Source: a virus (Duplodnaviria > Heunggongvirae > Uroviricota > Caudoviricetes). Taken from it: DNA of 64,000 bases. The notes under the pieces were generated by a model that had not been told where the DNA came from, did not search any database, and saw only the letters and a program-made list of their open reading frames with translations. Made by a program: the position numbers and the translations under genes. The DNA lies in the IMG/VR virus record IMGVR_UViG_3300030294_000003; one strand, written 5' to 3'. Shown one piece after another: positions 53,747 through 62,947 of this stretch (position 1 is the first letter of the stretch; each line of letters opens with the position of its first letter).

Positions 53747-55879
53747 ATGAAAGAACTAACTAATTTAATGCAAGCACAATTTGATAAGATGTGCGCTACT
53801 GGTAAACTTTTTAGGAGTGAAGTTACTGGTCAAAAAGTTTGGGATGTATATCTTCAAGCTTTTAATCCAGAAGATAATCCTATTTTTCGAGATCCAAATT
53901 CAACAGTTCATAACTGTAATTTCTGTAAAAATTTTGTTCGTAGGTATGGTAATATTGTTGCTATTGGTGATGATAATGAAATTATGTCTATTTGGGGTGT
54001 TGATGCACCTGAAGAGTATAAAAATTCAGCAAACACATTAAATAATTTAATAGCAAATTCTAAAATAGTTGAGGTATTCTTTGAAACATATAATGAATTA
54101 AACTCATTACCTTATGAAAAGAATTGTACTAAAACACAAGCTACATTTAAATTAGGTGTTGAAAAAAATACAAAAAGGTATACGAAAGAGGAGGCTGAAA
54201 TGTTCGGTGTTGTAAAGCCAAATGAAGAAATAACTTTCGACCATTTCAATTTATCTATATCAAAACAATTCGTTGATCAAACTGGTTCTTCAGTTGAAAG
54301 TATAATTGGTAATTATAGAGATTCAAAAAATGTTTTTCAACGTGGGATGGAAGAAATTTCATTAGATACATTGATACTTGTAAAAGATTTAATCAATCAG
54401 GAGTCACTACTTGATGGTAAAACTCATTTATTTAAGGTTGAAAAAATGATCACGTTTAAAACAGAATATGAGTCTAAATCTCAAAAAGAGAAAGATAATT
54501 ATTGCTGGGTGGCTTCATATAATAATCAGCTTGCTAAGTTCCGTAACGAACTGATTGGTGTACTTTGTAGTGAATTGTCTGAGGGTAAGGAACTTAACGA
54601 AGCTTGTAAATCTTGGAATAAACGTGTTGATCCAATTAATTATATGAAAACAACTACCCCTATTACCAAGAAACAAATTGAGGAGGCAAAATTATTTGTA
54701 GAGGAAAATGGATTTGTCGAATCTTTTGATAGAAGGTTTGCTACCATTGATGATATAAAGGCATCCGAAATACTTCACGTTAATATGGGGGATGGATCTA
54801 TTAAAAATGTTTCAATATTCGATAATGTAAAATCTACTTCGACAAGACACAAGAGGAGTGAATTCGATGGTATTGATGAAGTTACAATTGATAAGTTTAT
54901 GTCTGATATTCTACCTAATTGTACCTCTGTGGAAGCCTTTTTGTTAAGTAAACATGAGGGTAATTTGGTTTCACTTACCACTTCAAACAAGTCTGAAAGT
55001 AAGCCTATTTTTAAATGGAATAATAACTACTCTTGGACTTTTAATGGTAATTTAGCAGGTAAATCTCAAATCAAAGAAGCTGTTAAAGGACGTGGTGGAA
55101 ATGTGATTGGTGATGTTAGAATAAGTTTGGCATTCCCTCTAACTACTGATGACTACGATCTTCACGTACAAGATACTGATGGAAACCATATTTATTATTC
55201 AAATGTAAGACAAAAACACAACTCTTCTGGAATGCTAGATTTAGATGCTCAAGGTGTAGACGGTGCTCAAACCCCAGAAAAAAGAGTAGAAAACATAATA
55301 TTTACAGATAAATCAAAAATAAAAAATGGAAATATAAAAATTTGGGTTGAAAATTACTCACAAAGAGGATTAAGAGTTCCATTTGATATTGAAATTGAAA
55401 TTGAGGGTGATATTACAACATTAACATATGATAGGAATCATTCAGGTAATAAAGCTGAGGTCGGTAATATTGTAGTTAAAAATGGTATGTTTGAATTACA
55501 TCCTGATGCTTATATGACTTTAAAGGAAAGTACAAATTTATCAAAAGAAGTTTATGGGTTGGAAACAAATAATTTTCATAAGGTTAACTTAGTATGCCTT
55601 TCACCTAACCATTGGGGTGATAATAATGTTGGTAATAAGCACTATTTATTTATGTTAGATGGTTGTAAATGTCCAACAGATATTAGAAGTTTTCATAATG
55701 AAAACCTATTACCTGAATTGGCTGAACATAGAAAAGTATTGGAGGTACTTGGTGCGACTAATATGATTAAGCCAACAGATAAACAGCTATCAGGTCTTGG
55801 ATTTAATGCCACTGTAAGGGATGAGATAGTAGTTAGACTACAAGGTTCATTTAAAAGAGTTATCAAAATTAAATTTTAA
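53747..55879 (+). CDS. large hypothetical protein (710 aa), function unknown
   Basis: The longest ORF in the window, with a clean frame. A class-2 promoter and a palindromic operator lie upstream. I could identify no catalytic motif. Confidence 0.7.
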   Translation: MKELTNLMQAQFDKMCATGKLFRSEVTGQKVWDVYLQAFNPEDNPIFRDPNSTVHNCNFCKNFVRRYGNIVAIGDDNEIMSIWGVDAPEEYKNSANTLNNLIANSKIVEVFFETYNELNSLPYEKNCTKTQATFKLGVEKNTKRYTKEEAEMFGVVKPNEEITFDHFNLSISKQFVDQTGSSVESIIGNYRDSKNVFQRGMEEISLDTLILVKDLINQESLLDGKTHLFKVEKMITFKTEYESKSQKEKDNYCWVASYNNQLAKFRNELIGVLCSELSEGKELNEACKSWNKRVDPINYMKTTTPITKKQIEEAKLFVEENGFVESFDRRFATIDDIKASEILHVNMGDGSIKNVSIFDNVKSTSTRHKRSEFDGIDEVTIDKFMSDILPNCTSVEAFLLSKHEGNLVSLTTSNKSESKPIFKWNNNYSWTFNGNLAGKSQIKEAVKGRGGNVIGDVRISLAFPLTTDDYDLHVQDTDGNHIYYSNVRQKHNSSGMLDLDAQGVDGAQTPEKRVENIIFTDKSKIKNGNIKIWVENYSQRGLRVPFDIEIEIEGDITTLTYDRNHSGNKAEVGNIVVKNGMFELHPDAYMTLKESTNLSKEVYGLETNNFHKVNLVCLSPNHWGDNNVGNKHYLFMLDGCKCPTDIRSFHNENLLPELAEHRKVLEVLGATNMIKPTDKQLSGLGFNATVRDEIVVRLQGSFKRVIKIKF

Positions 55880-55916
55880 AAATTATTAACTAACAAAATT
55901 AAAACAATTAATTATT

Positions 55917-56294
55917 ATGGAAATGTACAAAGAAGCTGCAAAGCTGGGATTACGAATTGTTACTGTTAAAGGCCCTTTGTCGGTAGAACAGTTGTTTGGA
56001 ACAGATAAGGAAACTCTTATTTTAGCGGAAGAGAGTTTAACTGATCAAGTTGAAAAGCTTGGTAAGGTATCAAGAAGGTCTACTGGAGTTAGAGGTAAGA
56101 ATGTTGAGCTTTTAAAATTGAAATTATCAATCGTTTCAGATGTGTTAGATACTATTGAAACGGAAGAAGAAACTGCAAGAACTGAAGCTGCCAAAAGGCT
56201 TAACAATAAGAAAATTATCGAGCTTATAGCTGCTAAAAAAGAACTTCAACTTGGAGAGAAGTCTATCGAAGAACTTGAATCGATGCTTCAATAG
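55917..56294 (+). CDS. hypothetical protein, C-terminal coiled coil
   Basis: 125-aa ORF followed by a 270-bp structured ORF-free region. Confidence 0.55.
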   Translation: MEMYKEAAKLGLRIVTVKGPLSVEQLFGTDKETLILAEESLTDQVEKLGKVSRRSTGVRGKNVELLKLKLSIVSDVLDTIETEEETARTEAAKRLNNKKIIELIAAKKELQLGEKSIEELESMLQ

Positions 56295-56299
56295 TGAAA

Positions 56300-56530
56300 A
56301 AATACTTATTTTACCCTGAAAAGTTAAACTAAAATAATTAACAATTTAAAAACTAATCTTAGTTGTTTCTGATATGTTTTTAATACAAAAATTCGGGGTG
56401 AAATAAGTTGTAAAATAAATTGGTTGTATTGTTTGTAATTCAAATCATATTTTACACAACTTTTACTGTTTTTTTTACACAACCAATAAGAATTGCCAGT
56501 TTGTGAAAATCGGTAATTCTTTTTTTAATC
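56300..56530 (+). ncRNA. candidate structured non-coding RNA / 3' UTR element
   Basis: ORF-free region with nested inverted repeats (56304-56316 with 56395-56408; 56409-56417 with 56448-56456), a direct repeat TTTTACACAAC x2 (56450-60 and 56474-84), and a terminal strong terminator. Confidence 0.25.
56488..56527 (+). terminator. strong intrinsic terminator
   Basis: AAGAATTGCC-14 nt loop-GGTAATTCTT followed by TTTTTTT. Confidence 0.65.
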
Positions 56531-56564
56531 TATTATATAATAATTAGCTATTTAAAAAACAAAT

Positions 56565-56876
56565 ATGAAAGCAGAAGAATTAATTAAAGAGGATCTTATT
56601 TCGGTGGATAAATTATCATCTTATCTTTTACCAAAATATGATAATGGGATGATTGAAGATGTTATAACAATCGTTTTGTTTAGGGATAATCTACGTTATG
56701 AAAATAGAAAAACACTTATTAAAGAGCTATCTTTAAAACATTTCTCTTTTGATAATAACCCAAGTATATCACCTCTTAGAAAACCAATGAAAGCCGAATT
56801 GGTTATTTTTGTTGATAAAGATGGCAAAACAAAAATATTAAAAAGTCGTTGGGGAAACCTTGGTATTGTCAAATAA
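56565..56876 (+). CDS. hypothetical protein
   Basis: 103-aa ORF after the strong terminator at 56488-56527. Confidence 0.5.
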   Translation: MKAEELIKEDLISVDKLSSYLLPKYDNGMIEDVITIVLFRDNLRYENRKTLIKELSLKHFSFDNNPSISPLRKPMKAELVIFVDKDGKTKILKSRWGNLGIVK

Positions 56877-56936
56877 AAAATTAATAAACTAAATCTTTTT
56901 TATTTTTCTACACTATTTATATTAAAAATATTTATA

Positions 56937-57425
56937 ATGCTAATGGAAAATAAAACATTAATAAGTCTAAATGAGAGCCAACTTACTAATTTGGTTAAAA
57001 AAATTATAACAGAGTCTTTTGGTGAGTCTAAAACACAGGCTGCTATTAATTATATTGAATATATGCGAAGGTCGCTTACACGTATTTACGGTAGGTCTAA
57101 TAGGGATTTAGTAAATCGTAATTTGGATAAATATATTAAGTTGATTGAGAAAAATAACTTACAAGATACTATTGATATATTCGGAGATAAATATAAAAAT
57201 TTTGACCCCAAAGAACTCGAAAAAAATAATGTACCTAAAGAAAGTTTACCGATAATAAATCGGCCAGATGATTGGAAACAGAAAGCGCAATCTGATTTTG
57301 ATAAATACTATTCTGGTATAAAAAGGTCGAGTAACAAGTTAGCTAATGAACCATATTTTGAATCAAAATTAATTGAGTCAAATATAAATTATTTATTGAT
57401 GGAATATATTAAAAAGGTAATCTGA
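56937..57425 (+). CDS. hypothetical protein
   Basis: 162-aa ORF followed by the terminator at 57450-57482. Confidence 0.55.
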   Translation: MLMENKTLISLNESQLTNLVKKIITESFGESKTQAAINYIEYMRRSLTRIYGRSNRDLVNRNLDKYIKLIEKNNLQDTIDIFGDKYKNFDPKELEKNNVPKESLPIINRPDDWKQKAQSDFDKYYSGIKRSSNKLANEPYFESKLIESNINYLLMEYIKKVI

Positions 57426-57449
57426 AATAAAACATTTAATGTTAAAATA

Positions 57450-57482
57450 CCCTAAGAAACTTGTTTTTTAGGGATTTTTTTT
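57450..57482 (+). terminator. intrinsic terminator
   Basis: CCCTAA-loop-TTAGGGA followed by TTTTTTTT, directly abutting a class-2 promoter. Confidence 0.55.
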
Positions 57483-57500
57483 GTACATTTGTTTTGAAAT
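57480..57500 (+). promoter_or_regulatory. class-2 promoter (tGTACATTTGTtttgaaat; -7 57484-57491)
   Basis: GTACATTTGT core directly after a terminator. Confidence 0.4.
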
Positions 57501-57515
57501 AAAAAAATATGTAAA

Positions 57516-57818
57516 ATGGATAAACGGATTACGGCTTTAAAAACCCAAATTATAAAAGAGAATATGGGTCGTTTACTTTCTTTAAATAAAGATGGTATTG
57601 TGGATATTGATATTAACGAAAAACTTTGTATTGAGACAACCTTGGACTATGGTTTTTTCATAACAAAATTAATTTGTGAAGAAAGTACTATTTCGGTTAT
57701 ATCAAACCATTTTAAAGATGGTGAAAAGTGTGATACTGATATTCGTTTATTTGATTTAGAAAGCATTGACTATTTTATCACAAATATATTAGAACGTTTA
57801 ATTAACAATCAAAAATAA
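57516..57818 (+). CDS. hypothetical protein
   Basis: 100-aa ORF with a class-2 promoter at 57484. Confidence 0.5.
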   Translation: MDKRITALKTQIIKENMGRLLSLNKDGIVDIDINEKLCIETTLDYGFFITKLICEESTISVISNHFKDGEKCDTDIRLFDLESIDYFITNILERLINNQK

Positions 57819-57821
57819 CGT

Positions 57822-58076
57822 ATGGTAAAAACTAAAAAAGAATTTATCATGAAGGTTCAATCTATGAAAAGGCCATATATGTTTGAATTTGAAGAAGATT
57901 CTATGTTTAAAAATTTAAGTTTTATATGTAAGGATTTAGATAATAGTTTTAATAGATTTGAAACAAACACTATAAGATTTAATCCTGAAAATCAGATGCT
58001 GGAAGATTATAATATTAGGGTGGAAAAATATAAACAAAAAATAAATAAATGGTTTAATGAAGCAAAAAATCAATGA
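57822..58076 (+). CDS. hypothetical protein
   Basis: 84-aa ORF. Confidence 0.5.
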   Translation: MVKTKKEFIMKVQSMKRPYMFEFEEDSMFKNLSFICKDLDNSFNRFETNTIRFNPENQMLEDYNIRVEKYKQKINKWFNEAKNQ

Positions 58077-58089
58077 GAATAATTATTTT

Positions 58090-58269
58090 ATGTATTCAAT
58101 AATGCGAAAAATAAAACGTTTAACCCGTAAAATAAGGTTACTGATATATATTTGTGAAAGATGGTTAAGACCTACTTGTAGTAGATGTGGACATTATTCT
58201 TATGATGATGCCGATGGTACTATTAGTTGTCCACATTGCGGATATGTACGATACTACGAAACAAGATAA
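58090..58269 (+). CDS. zinc-ribbon protein
   Basis: ATG at 58090 (the track's 58057 start overlaps the previous gene). The protein is 59 aa with CSRCG..CPHCG. Confidence 0.45.
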   Translation: MYSIMRKIKRLTRKIRLLIYICERWLRPTCSRCGHYSYDDADGTISCPHCGYVRYYETR

Positions 58270-58307
58270 TTTTAAATAGTAAATTCAAAAATAATATATA
58301 TATATAT

Positions 58308-58592
58308 ATGAAAACAGCAATATTTATTAATAAACATAAACGAATACTAAAAAGATATAATGTAAATTTTGAGCCTGATTGTGATTACTACTCAATGGTG
58401 AATGGTTCATATTACTATGATATGAAAATAAGTGAAGAAATGACGGATGACTCATTTATAATCCATATAATGGGAATAGGTATTTGTGATGGATATATTG
58501 GTGGAGATCCAGAAGGATATTTAAAATTACTATCAAAATCACTTAGAGAATATAGAAAAGACCCAATAAAATTTAAAATTGATAGTTTATGA
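58308..58592 (+). CDS. hypothetical protein
   Basis: ATG at 58308, following a (TA)n run (the track start 58227 overlaps). The protein is 94 aa. Confidence 0.45.
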   Translation: MKTAIFINKHKRILKRYNVNFEPDCDYYSMVNGSYYYDMKISEEMTDDSFIIHIMGIGICDGYIGGDPEGYLKLLSKSLREYRKDPIKFKIDSL

Positions 58593-58807
58593 TAATAGAA
58601 GTTAAAATGTTTACAGTACAGTGTGATAATTGTAAAAAGTTTAGTGGACAAGATTCAGATTATTCGTGTTGGAATGACGAATCGACGGCCTGGGATGATG
58701 CATCTGAAAGTGGTTGGATAGAAGATGAAGGAAAGCATTATTGCCCTAATTGTTATACCATTGATAGTATTGATAATATAATAATTAAACCAATAAAAAT
58801 TAAATAA
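58589..58807 (+). CDS. zinc-ribbon protein
   Basis: 72 aa with CDNCKK..CPNCY and an ATGA overlap. Confidence 0.5.
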   Translation: MIIEVKMFTVQCDNCKKFSGQDSDYSCWNDESTAWDDASESGWIEDEGKHYCPNCYTIDSIDNIIIKPIKIK

Positions 58808-59371
58808 ATGAAAAAATTAAAAGAATCTTACGAGAAAATTGTTAATAAATATCTTCAACTTTTTTGTGAAAAACACGAATTTAACATTCAAGATGGTTAT
58901 TGGGTTGGTAAAGAAATTGGGGATATTATAATGATTGGTGATTATTATTTTAATTTTGATGATATACGACTTGATATTGATGAAAATGTTGAAGAGAAGA
59001 TAATTTTTGATTGGTATGAATTTTCGGTTGAAAAAGAGAGTGATGTTAGTTATCGTTCTTGGGTTAAAGGTTATAGGCCATTAAAATGCTGGATTTCAAA
59101 TTGTTTCTTTGATGAGTATTCCGAAAGAGAATTGGATGTTAAAAAATTGGGATTTGAACCTAAGTCGCTCGAACATTTAGGATTATCGACTGGGGTTGAT
59201 TCAAAATACGAATTACTACAATCCTTAGAAGCATTATCAAAATGTCAGAAATTGATGTTACCAATAGAGTGGGAAAAATATCATACTTGCAGAATTGAAC
59301 GTGATTTCTTTTTAGAAGGAACGGTCAGTGATATGAATAATTATGAAAATGAAAATATAATTTATGTATAA
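58808..59371 (+). CDS. hypothetical protein
   Basis: 187-aa ORF. Confidence 0.55.
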   Translation: MKKLKESYEKIVNKYLQLFCEKHEFNIQDGYWVGKEIGDIIMIGDYYFNFDDIRLDIDENVEEKIIFDWYEFSVEKESDVSYRSWVKGYRPLKCWISNCFFDEYSERELDVKKLGFEPKSLEHLGLSTGVDSKYELLQSLEALSKCQKLMLPIEWEKYHTCRIERDFFLEGTVSDMNNYENENIIYV

Positions 59372-59395
59372 TTTAATTAATTAGCTTGCATATTT

Positions 59396-59686
59396 ATGAA
59401 AGATGCTGAAAATTATCCAGATTTATTAAAAGTTCCAGATTATGTTATTATTAAAGAATTGAGAATTGAACTAGGAAAAGCCAATGCCTATATACTGGAA
59501 TTAAAACACGATTTAAATAAATTAGAAGAAAAACACTCTAAAATTGAAGATGATGTTCGAAAAAATAATCATATTAAAGGTTTGGAAAACAAAAATAACA
59601 AATTAAAAGAGAGAAATCAAATACTTACGTATGAAAACACAAGTTTAAAATTAAGAATTAACCATATACACTCACAAAATAGATAA
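59396..59686 (+). CDS. coiled-coil protein
   Basis: 96 aa with heptad-like K/E/L-rich sequence. Confidence 0.5.
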   Translation: MKDAENYPDLLKVPDYVIIKELRIELGKANAYILELKHDLNKLEEKHSKIEDDVRKNNHIKGLENKNNKLKERNQILTYENTSLKLRINHIHSQNR

Positions 59687-59687
59687 T

Positions 59688-60719
59688 ATGAAAAAACTTT
59701 GCAAATTCTCGGACATAGGTCAATTTAGGGAAATTTATTCAACAATTAAACATAGAACGCAATACATTGGTAAGGATGAAAATGGGGACTGTATGTATGA
59801 TACAACAATTCCTCTTCCAATTATCAAAGTTTCAGGTACAATAAAAATTGATGGAACAAACGGAGGGATTTCAATGAATAAAAATGGTGAAATCTGGGCT
59901 CAATCAAAAGACAATATATTGACTTTAAAGAATGATAATTATAATTTTGCTTTCACGTTAGAATCAAAAAAAGATGTTTTTAAAGATCTACTAAATAAAA
60001 TTGATTTCAAAGGATATGATTACATAACTATTTTTGGTGAATTTGCAGGAAAAGGGATACAGGCTGGAATGGCCGTATGTCAGCTTCCAAGAATATTTGT
60101 TATATATGACATTAAGCGATCATATGAAGATAATTCAAAAGGTGATAATAAATATGCGCCAATAGATCAAATTAAACTATTGCGTTCACCTGAAAATGAT
60201 ATTTATAACATATATGACTTCCCAACGTTTGAAGTTGAAATTGATTTTAACGAGCCTCAGGCAGCTTTAGATAAACTAACTGAAATAACTACCCAAGTTG
60301 GTATTAAATGCCCATTTGGTGACGCTATGGGTGTTGAAGGTAGGGGAGAAGGCATAGTTTACACTTTCTTTACTGAAACTGGTGAAAAACTTAGGTTTAA
60401 AGTAAAAGCCGAAAAAAGTAAAATTTCAAAAACGAAGGAATTGGTTGCAATCGATATAGATAGAATGAATTCAATTAATGAATTTATTGAGTATGCTGTT
60501 ACTGAAAATAGATTAAACCAAGGGCTTGAAAAAATATACGGTAACGGAGTTTTGTTTATTGAGAAGATGGGTGATTTCTTGAGATGGTTAGCTAATGATA
60601 TTATTAAAGAAGAAACAGATGTTTTGATTGGGAATAATTTGGAACCAAAAGCCGTTACAGGTGGTATATCAAAAAAAGGTAGAGATTGGTTGTTGGCTAA
60701 AATAAATAATTTCGAATAG
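59688..60719 (+). CDS. ATP-dependent RNA ligase, Rnl2-like nucleotidyltransferase
   Basis: 343 aa with the covalent nucleotidyltransferase motifs. Motif I is KIDGTN (compare Rnl2 KIHGTN). Motif III is IFGEFAG. Motif IV is EGIVY. Motif V is RFKVKAEK (KxK). Confidence 0.7.
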   Translation: MKKLCKFSDIGQFREIYSTIKHRTQYIGKDENGDCMYDTTIPLPIIKVSGTIKIDGTNGGISMNKNGEIWAQSKDNILTLKNDNYNFAFTLESKKDVFKDLLNKIDFKGYDYITIFGEFAGKGIQAGMAVCQLPRIFVIYDIKRSYEDNSKGDNKYAPIDQIKLLRSPENDIYNIYDFPTFEVEIDFNEPQAALDKLTEITTQVGIKCPFGDAMGVEGRGEGIVYTFFTETGEKLRFKVKAEKSKISKTKELVAIDIDRMNSINEFIEYAVTENRLNQGLEKIYGNGVLFIEKMGDFLRWLANDIIKEETDVLIGNNLEPKAVTGGISKKGRDWLLAKINNFE

Positions 60720-60792
60720 AAGTTAATTAATTTGGGTTATTGCGGTTTAAATATTACCTTTGTGGCTAATTATTAAAAAAACAAAATATATA

Positions 60793-61506
60793 ATGAAAAA
60801 AGAATTAAAGCAATTTAAAATATTAAGCGAGTACGATTATAATCTAAAAAACACACAAAAAAGGTTATTTGAATCATTTGTAACCATATCGGAAATAAAT
60901 CGATATTCACATAGATTATCTGAATCGTTGTCTATGGAGTTGGATGCTACAAATTTAACCGAATCTGGTGATCAACAAAATGTCTTGGATTTAATCGGTA
61001 GTAACCAATATGATGTTAATAATAATATTGAATTTAAGAATTCATTAAAATATGGTAATCGTGGTGAATTTTTAAGTGATTACACCGAAGATGAATATGG
61101 ACAAATGAAAACATATAAACTGAAAGGTTATAATATTGGGTTTGCTATTAAGTTGGATGGTGACATAGTTTCACTTCATAATAATAGTGGTATTGGTGGG
61201 TTAGGTGGAGCTTTAGTTAAATCAGCTGTATCATTAGGTGGCACTAAAATGGATCATTTTGATGGATTTTTAACAGGATTATATTCAAAAAATGGGTTTA
61301 ATGTTGTTAATTCAGATCAATGGAACGATGATTATTCCCCATCTGATTGGAAATACGTACCTGTAGACATATTTAACCCTGATAGCTCGATTTACGCAAA
61401 TACATTGAAGAAATTCCCAAGTGAAAATGAAATTACTCCAGAATTAAAACAGGAAATTAACTTATATGGTTCTGGAATGCCAGATGTTGTGTATCGCTCA
61501 CTATAA
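60793..61506 (+). CDS. GNAT-like N-acetyltransferase (putative)
   Basis: ATG at 60793 (the track's 60760 start lies in the upstream spacer). HNNSGIGGLGGALVKSAV resembles GNAT motif A (R/Q-x-x-G-x-G/A). YSKNGF is a motif B-like element. Confidence 0.45.
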   Translation: MKKELKQFKILSEYDYNLKNTQKRLFESFVTISEINRYSHRLSESLSMELDATNLTESGDQQNVLDLIGSNQYDVNNNIEFKNSLKYGNRGEFLSDYTEDEYGQMKTYKLKGYNIGFAIKLDGDIVSLHNNSGIGGLGGALVKSAVSLGGTKMDHFDGFLTGLYSKNGFNVVNSDQWNDDYSPSDWKYVPVDIFNPDSSIYANTLKKFPSENEITPELKQEINLYGSGMPDVVYRSL

Positions 61507-61526
61507 TATAAAAATTTAAATTTATA

Positions 61527-62228
61527 ATGTTTCAAAGCCTATTATTACACATCCCCCATTCAAGTACTTACATTCCAGATTCTTTTGGAAATATTAATGA
61601 CTACACATTAATGGGAAATGTTGTTATTCAAACAGATTTATTAGTTGATGACTTATTTTACCACCCAGTAACTACAAATGTTAAAACATTAAAATTTATT
61701 TATAGTCGGTTTTATTGTGATGTGGAAAGATATTGGGATGACAAAAAAGAACCAATGTCACTAATTGGACAGGGTGTATATTATAAACAATATTCTGATG
61801 GTTCATTAATTAATAGAACCGACTCAAAGGATGATATTAAATTAGTTTACAATGAGCATCACTCAAAATTAAACTATATTTCCCAAAAACTTATTGCGGA
61901 AAATGGTTCTTGTTTAATCATTGATTGTCATTCTTTTACACCAACGAATGAAAATGAGCCAGATATATGTATTGGGGTTAATTATGATAAAAATGACCCA
62001 GGTCCTGAAACATTATGGTCTATTATAAATCATTTTATTGATAATGGGTATAAATTTAAGATAAATTATCCGTTTTCAGGATCAATATATCCATCAAAAT
62101 ATTTAAATAAAAACTTAAAATCTATTATGATTGAAGTAAATAAAAATATTTATTTGGGTAATGAGATTAAGTTTTCGAAATTAAAAAATACAATAAACGA
62201 ATTATATCATAAATTGTTAAAATATTAA
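61527..62228 (+). CDS. putative Zn-dependent amidohydrolase (N-formylglutamate amidohydrolase / AstE-AspA-like fold)
   Basis: 233 aa with LLHIPHSSTYIP, CDVERY (compare DxNR) and IDCHSF (compare DLHS), arranged as in FGase-family proteins. The assignment is tentative. Confidence 0.35.
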   Translation: MFQSLLLHIPHSSTYIPDSFGNINDYTLMGNVVIQTDLLVDDLFYHPVTTNVKTLKFIYSRFYCDVERYWDDKKEPMSLIGQGVYYKQYSDGSLINRTDSKDDIKLVYNEHHSKLNYISQKLIAENGSCLIIDCHSFTPTNENEPDICIGVNYDKNDPGPETLWSIINHFIDNGYKFKINYPFSGSIYPSKYLNKNLKSIMIEVNKNIYLGNEIKFSKLKNTINELYHKLLKY

Positions 62229-62947
62229 TGAAAAATAAACTTTCAATTGTTGCAATTTCCGACCTTCACGGGTATCTACCTGAAATAACCGAAGAAGCTG
62301 ATATAATGATCATCGGTGGGGATATTTCTCCTTTAAATATTCAACGTAATAAACCTAAAACGAAAATTTGGCTTGAAACAACGTTTCTCGAATGGGTCAA
62401 TAATTTACCAGTTAAGAAAGTATTCCTTGTGGCTGGTAATCATGATTTTGCGTTAGAGGGTTTATCTGATACTGAAAAATATTTTTTTGAAAAATTATTT
62501 GGCGGAAAACTTAAATATTTAGAAAACGAAACATTTAACCACGTTGATGATAACGGTTGTTCTTGGGTGATTTTTGGAACGCCTTATTGTCACATATTTA
62601 GTTCTGGTTGGGTATTTATGATACCAGATGATAATATGTATTTCAAATTTCTGAAAATTCCAGATGAAGTTGATATAATTATTTCTCATGACCCGCCTTA
62701 TGGTGTTGGTGAAGTTGATGTTATTTTGGAACAATATAATTTAAATGAACCAATCACGCATATTGGAAATAAACCTTTAGCAAAAAGATTGCAACAAATC
62801 AAATATAAATTTCTATGCTGTGGTCATATACATAGTGGTAGCCATATACCATATGAATTTAATGGTGGAAAATGTGTAAACGTTTCGATCAAAGATGAAG
62901 ATTACCAACCAATCTATCATCCATTTTATTATACATTAGAAAAATGA
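62228..62947 (+). CDS. calcineurin-like metallophosphoesterase
   Basis: 239 aa with the MPP motifs ISDLHG, GGD, VAGNHD, SHDPP and GHIHSG. Confidence 0.75.
   Translation: MKNKLSIVAISDLHGYLPEITEEADIMIIGGDISPLNIQRNKPKTKIWLETTFLEWVNNLPVKKVFLVAGNHDFALEGLSDTEKYFFEKLFGGKLKYLENETFNHVDDNGCSWVIFGTPYCHIFSSGWVFMIPDDNMYFKFLKIPDEVDIIISHDPPYGVGEVDVILEQYNLNEPITHIGNKPLAKRLQQIKYKFLCCGHIHSGSHIPYEFNGGKCVNVSIKDEDYQPIYHPFYYTLEK

Noticed and set aside
41924-54041. Alternative-frame + ORFs 41924-42106, 53332-53514 and 53781-54041.
   Set aside because: They are nested out of frame within 41875-42168, 53265-53456 and the 710-aa gene respectively.
58293-58309. (TA)n microsatellite upstream of ATG 58308.
   Set aside because: A short AT dinucleotide run in an AT-rich genome, likely just part of the ribosome-binding or leader region. 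It is noted only as a possible phase-variable tract.
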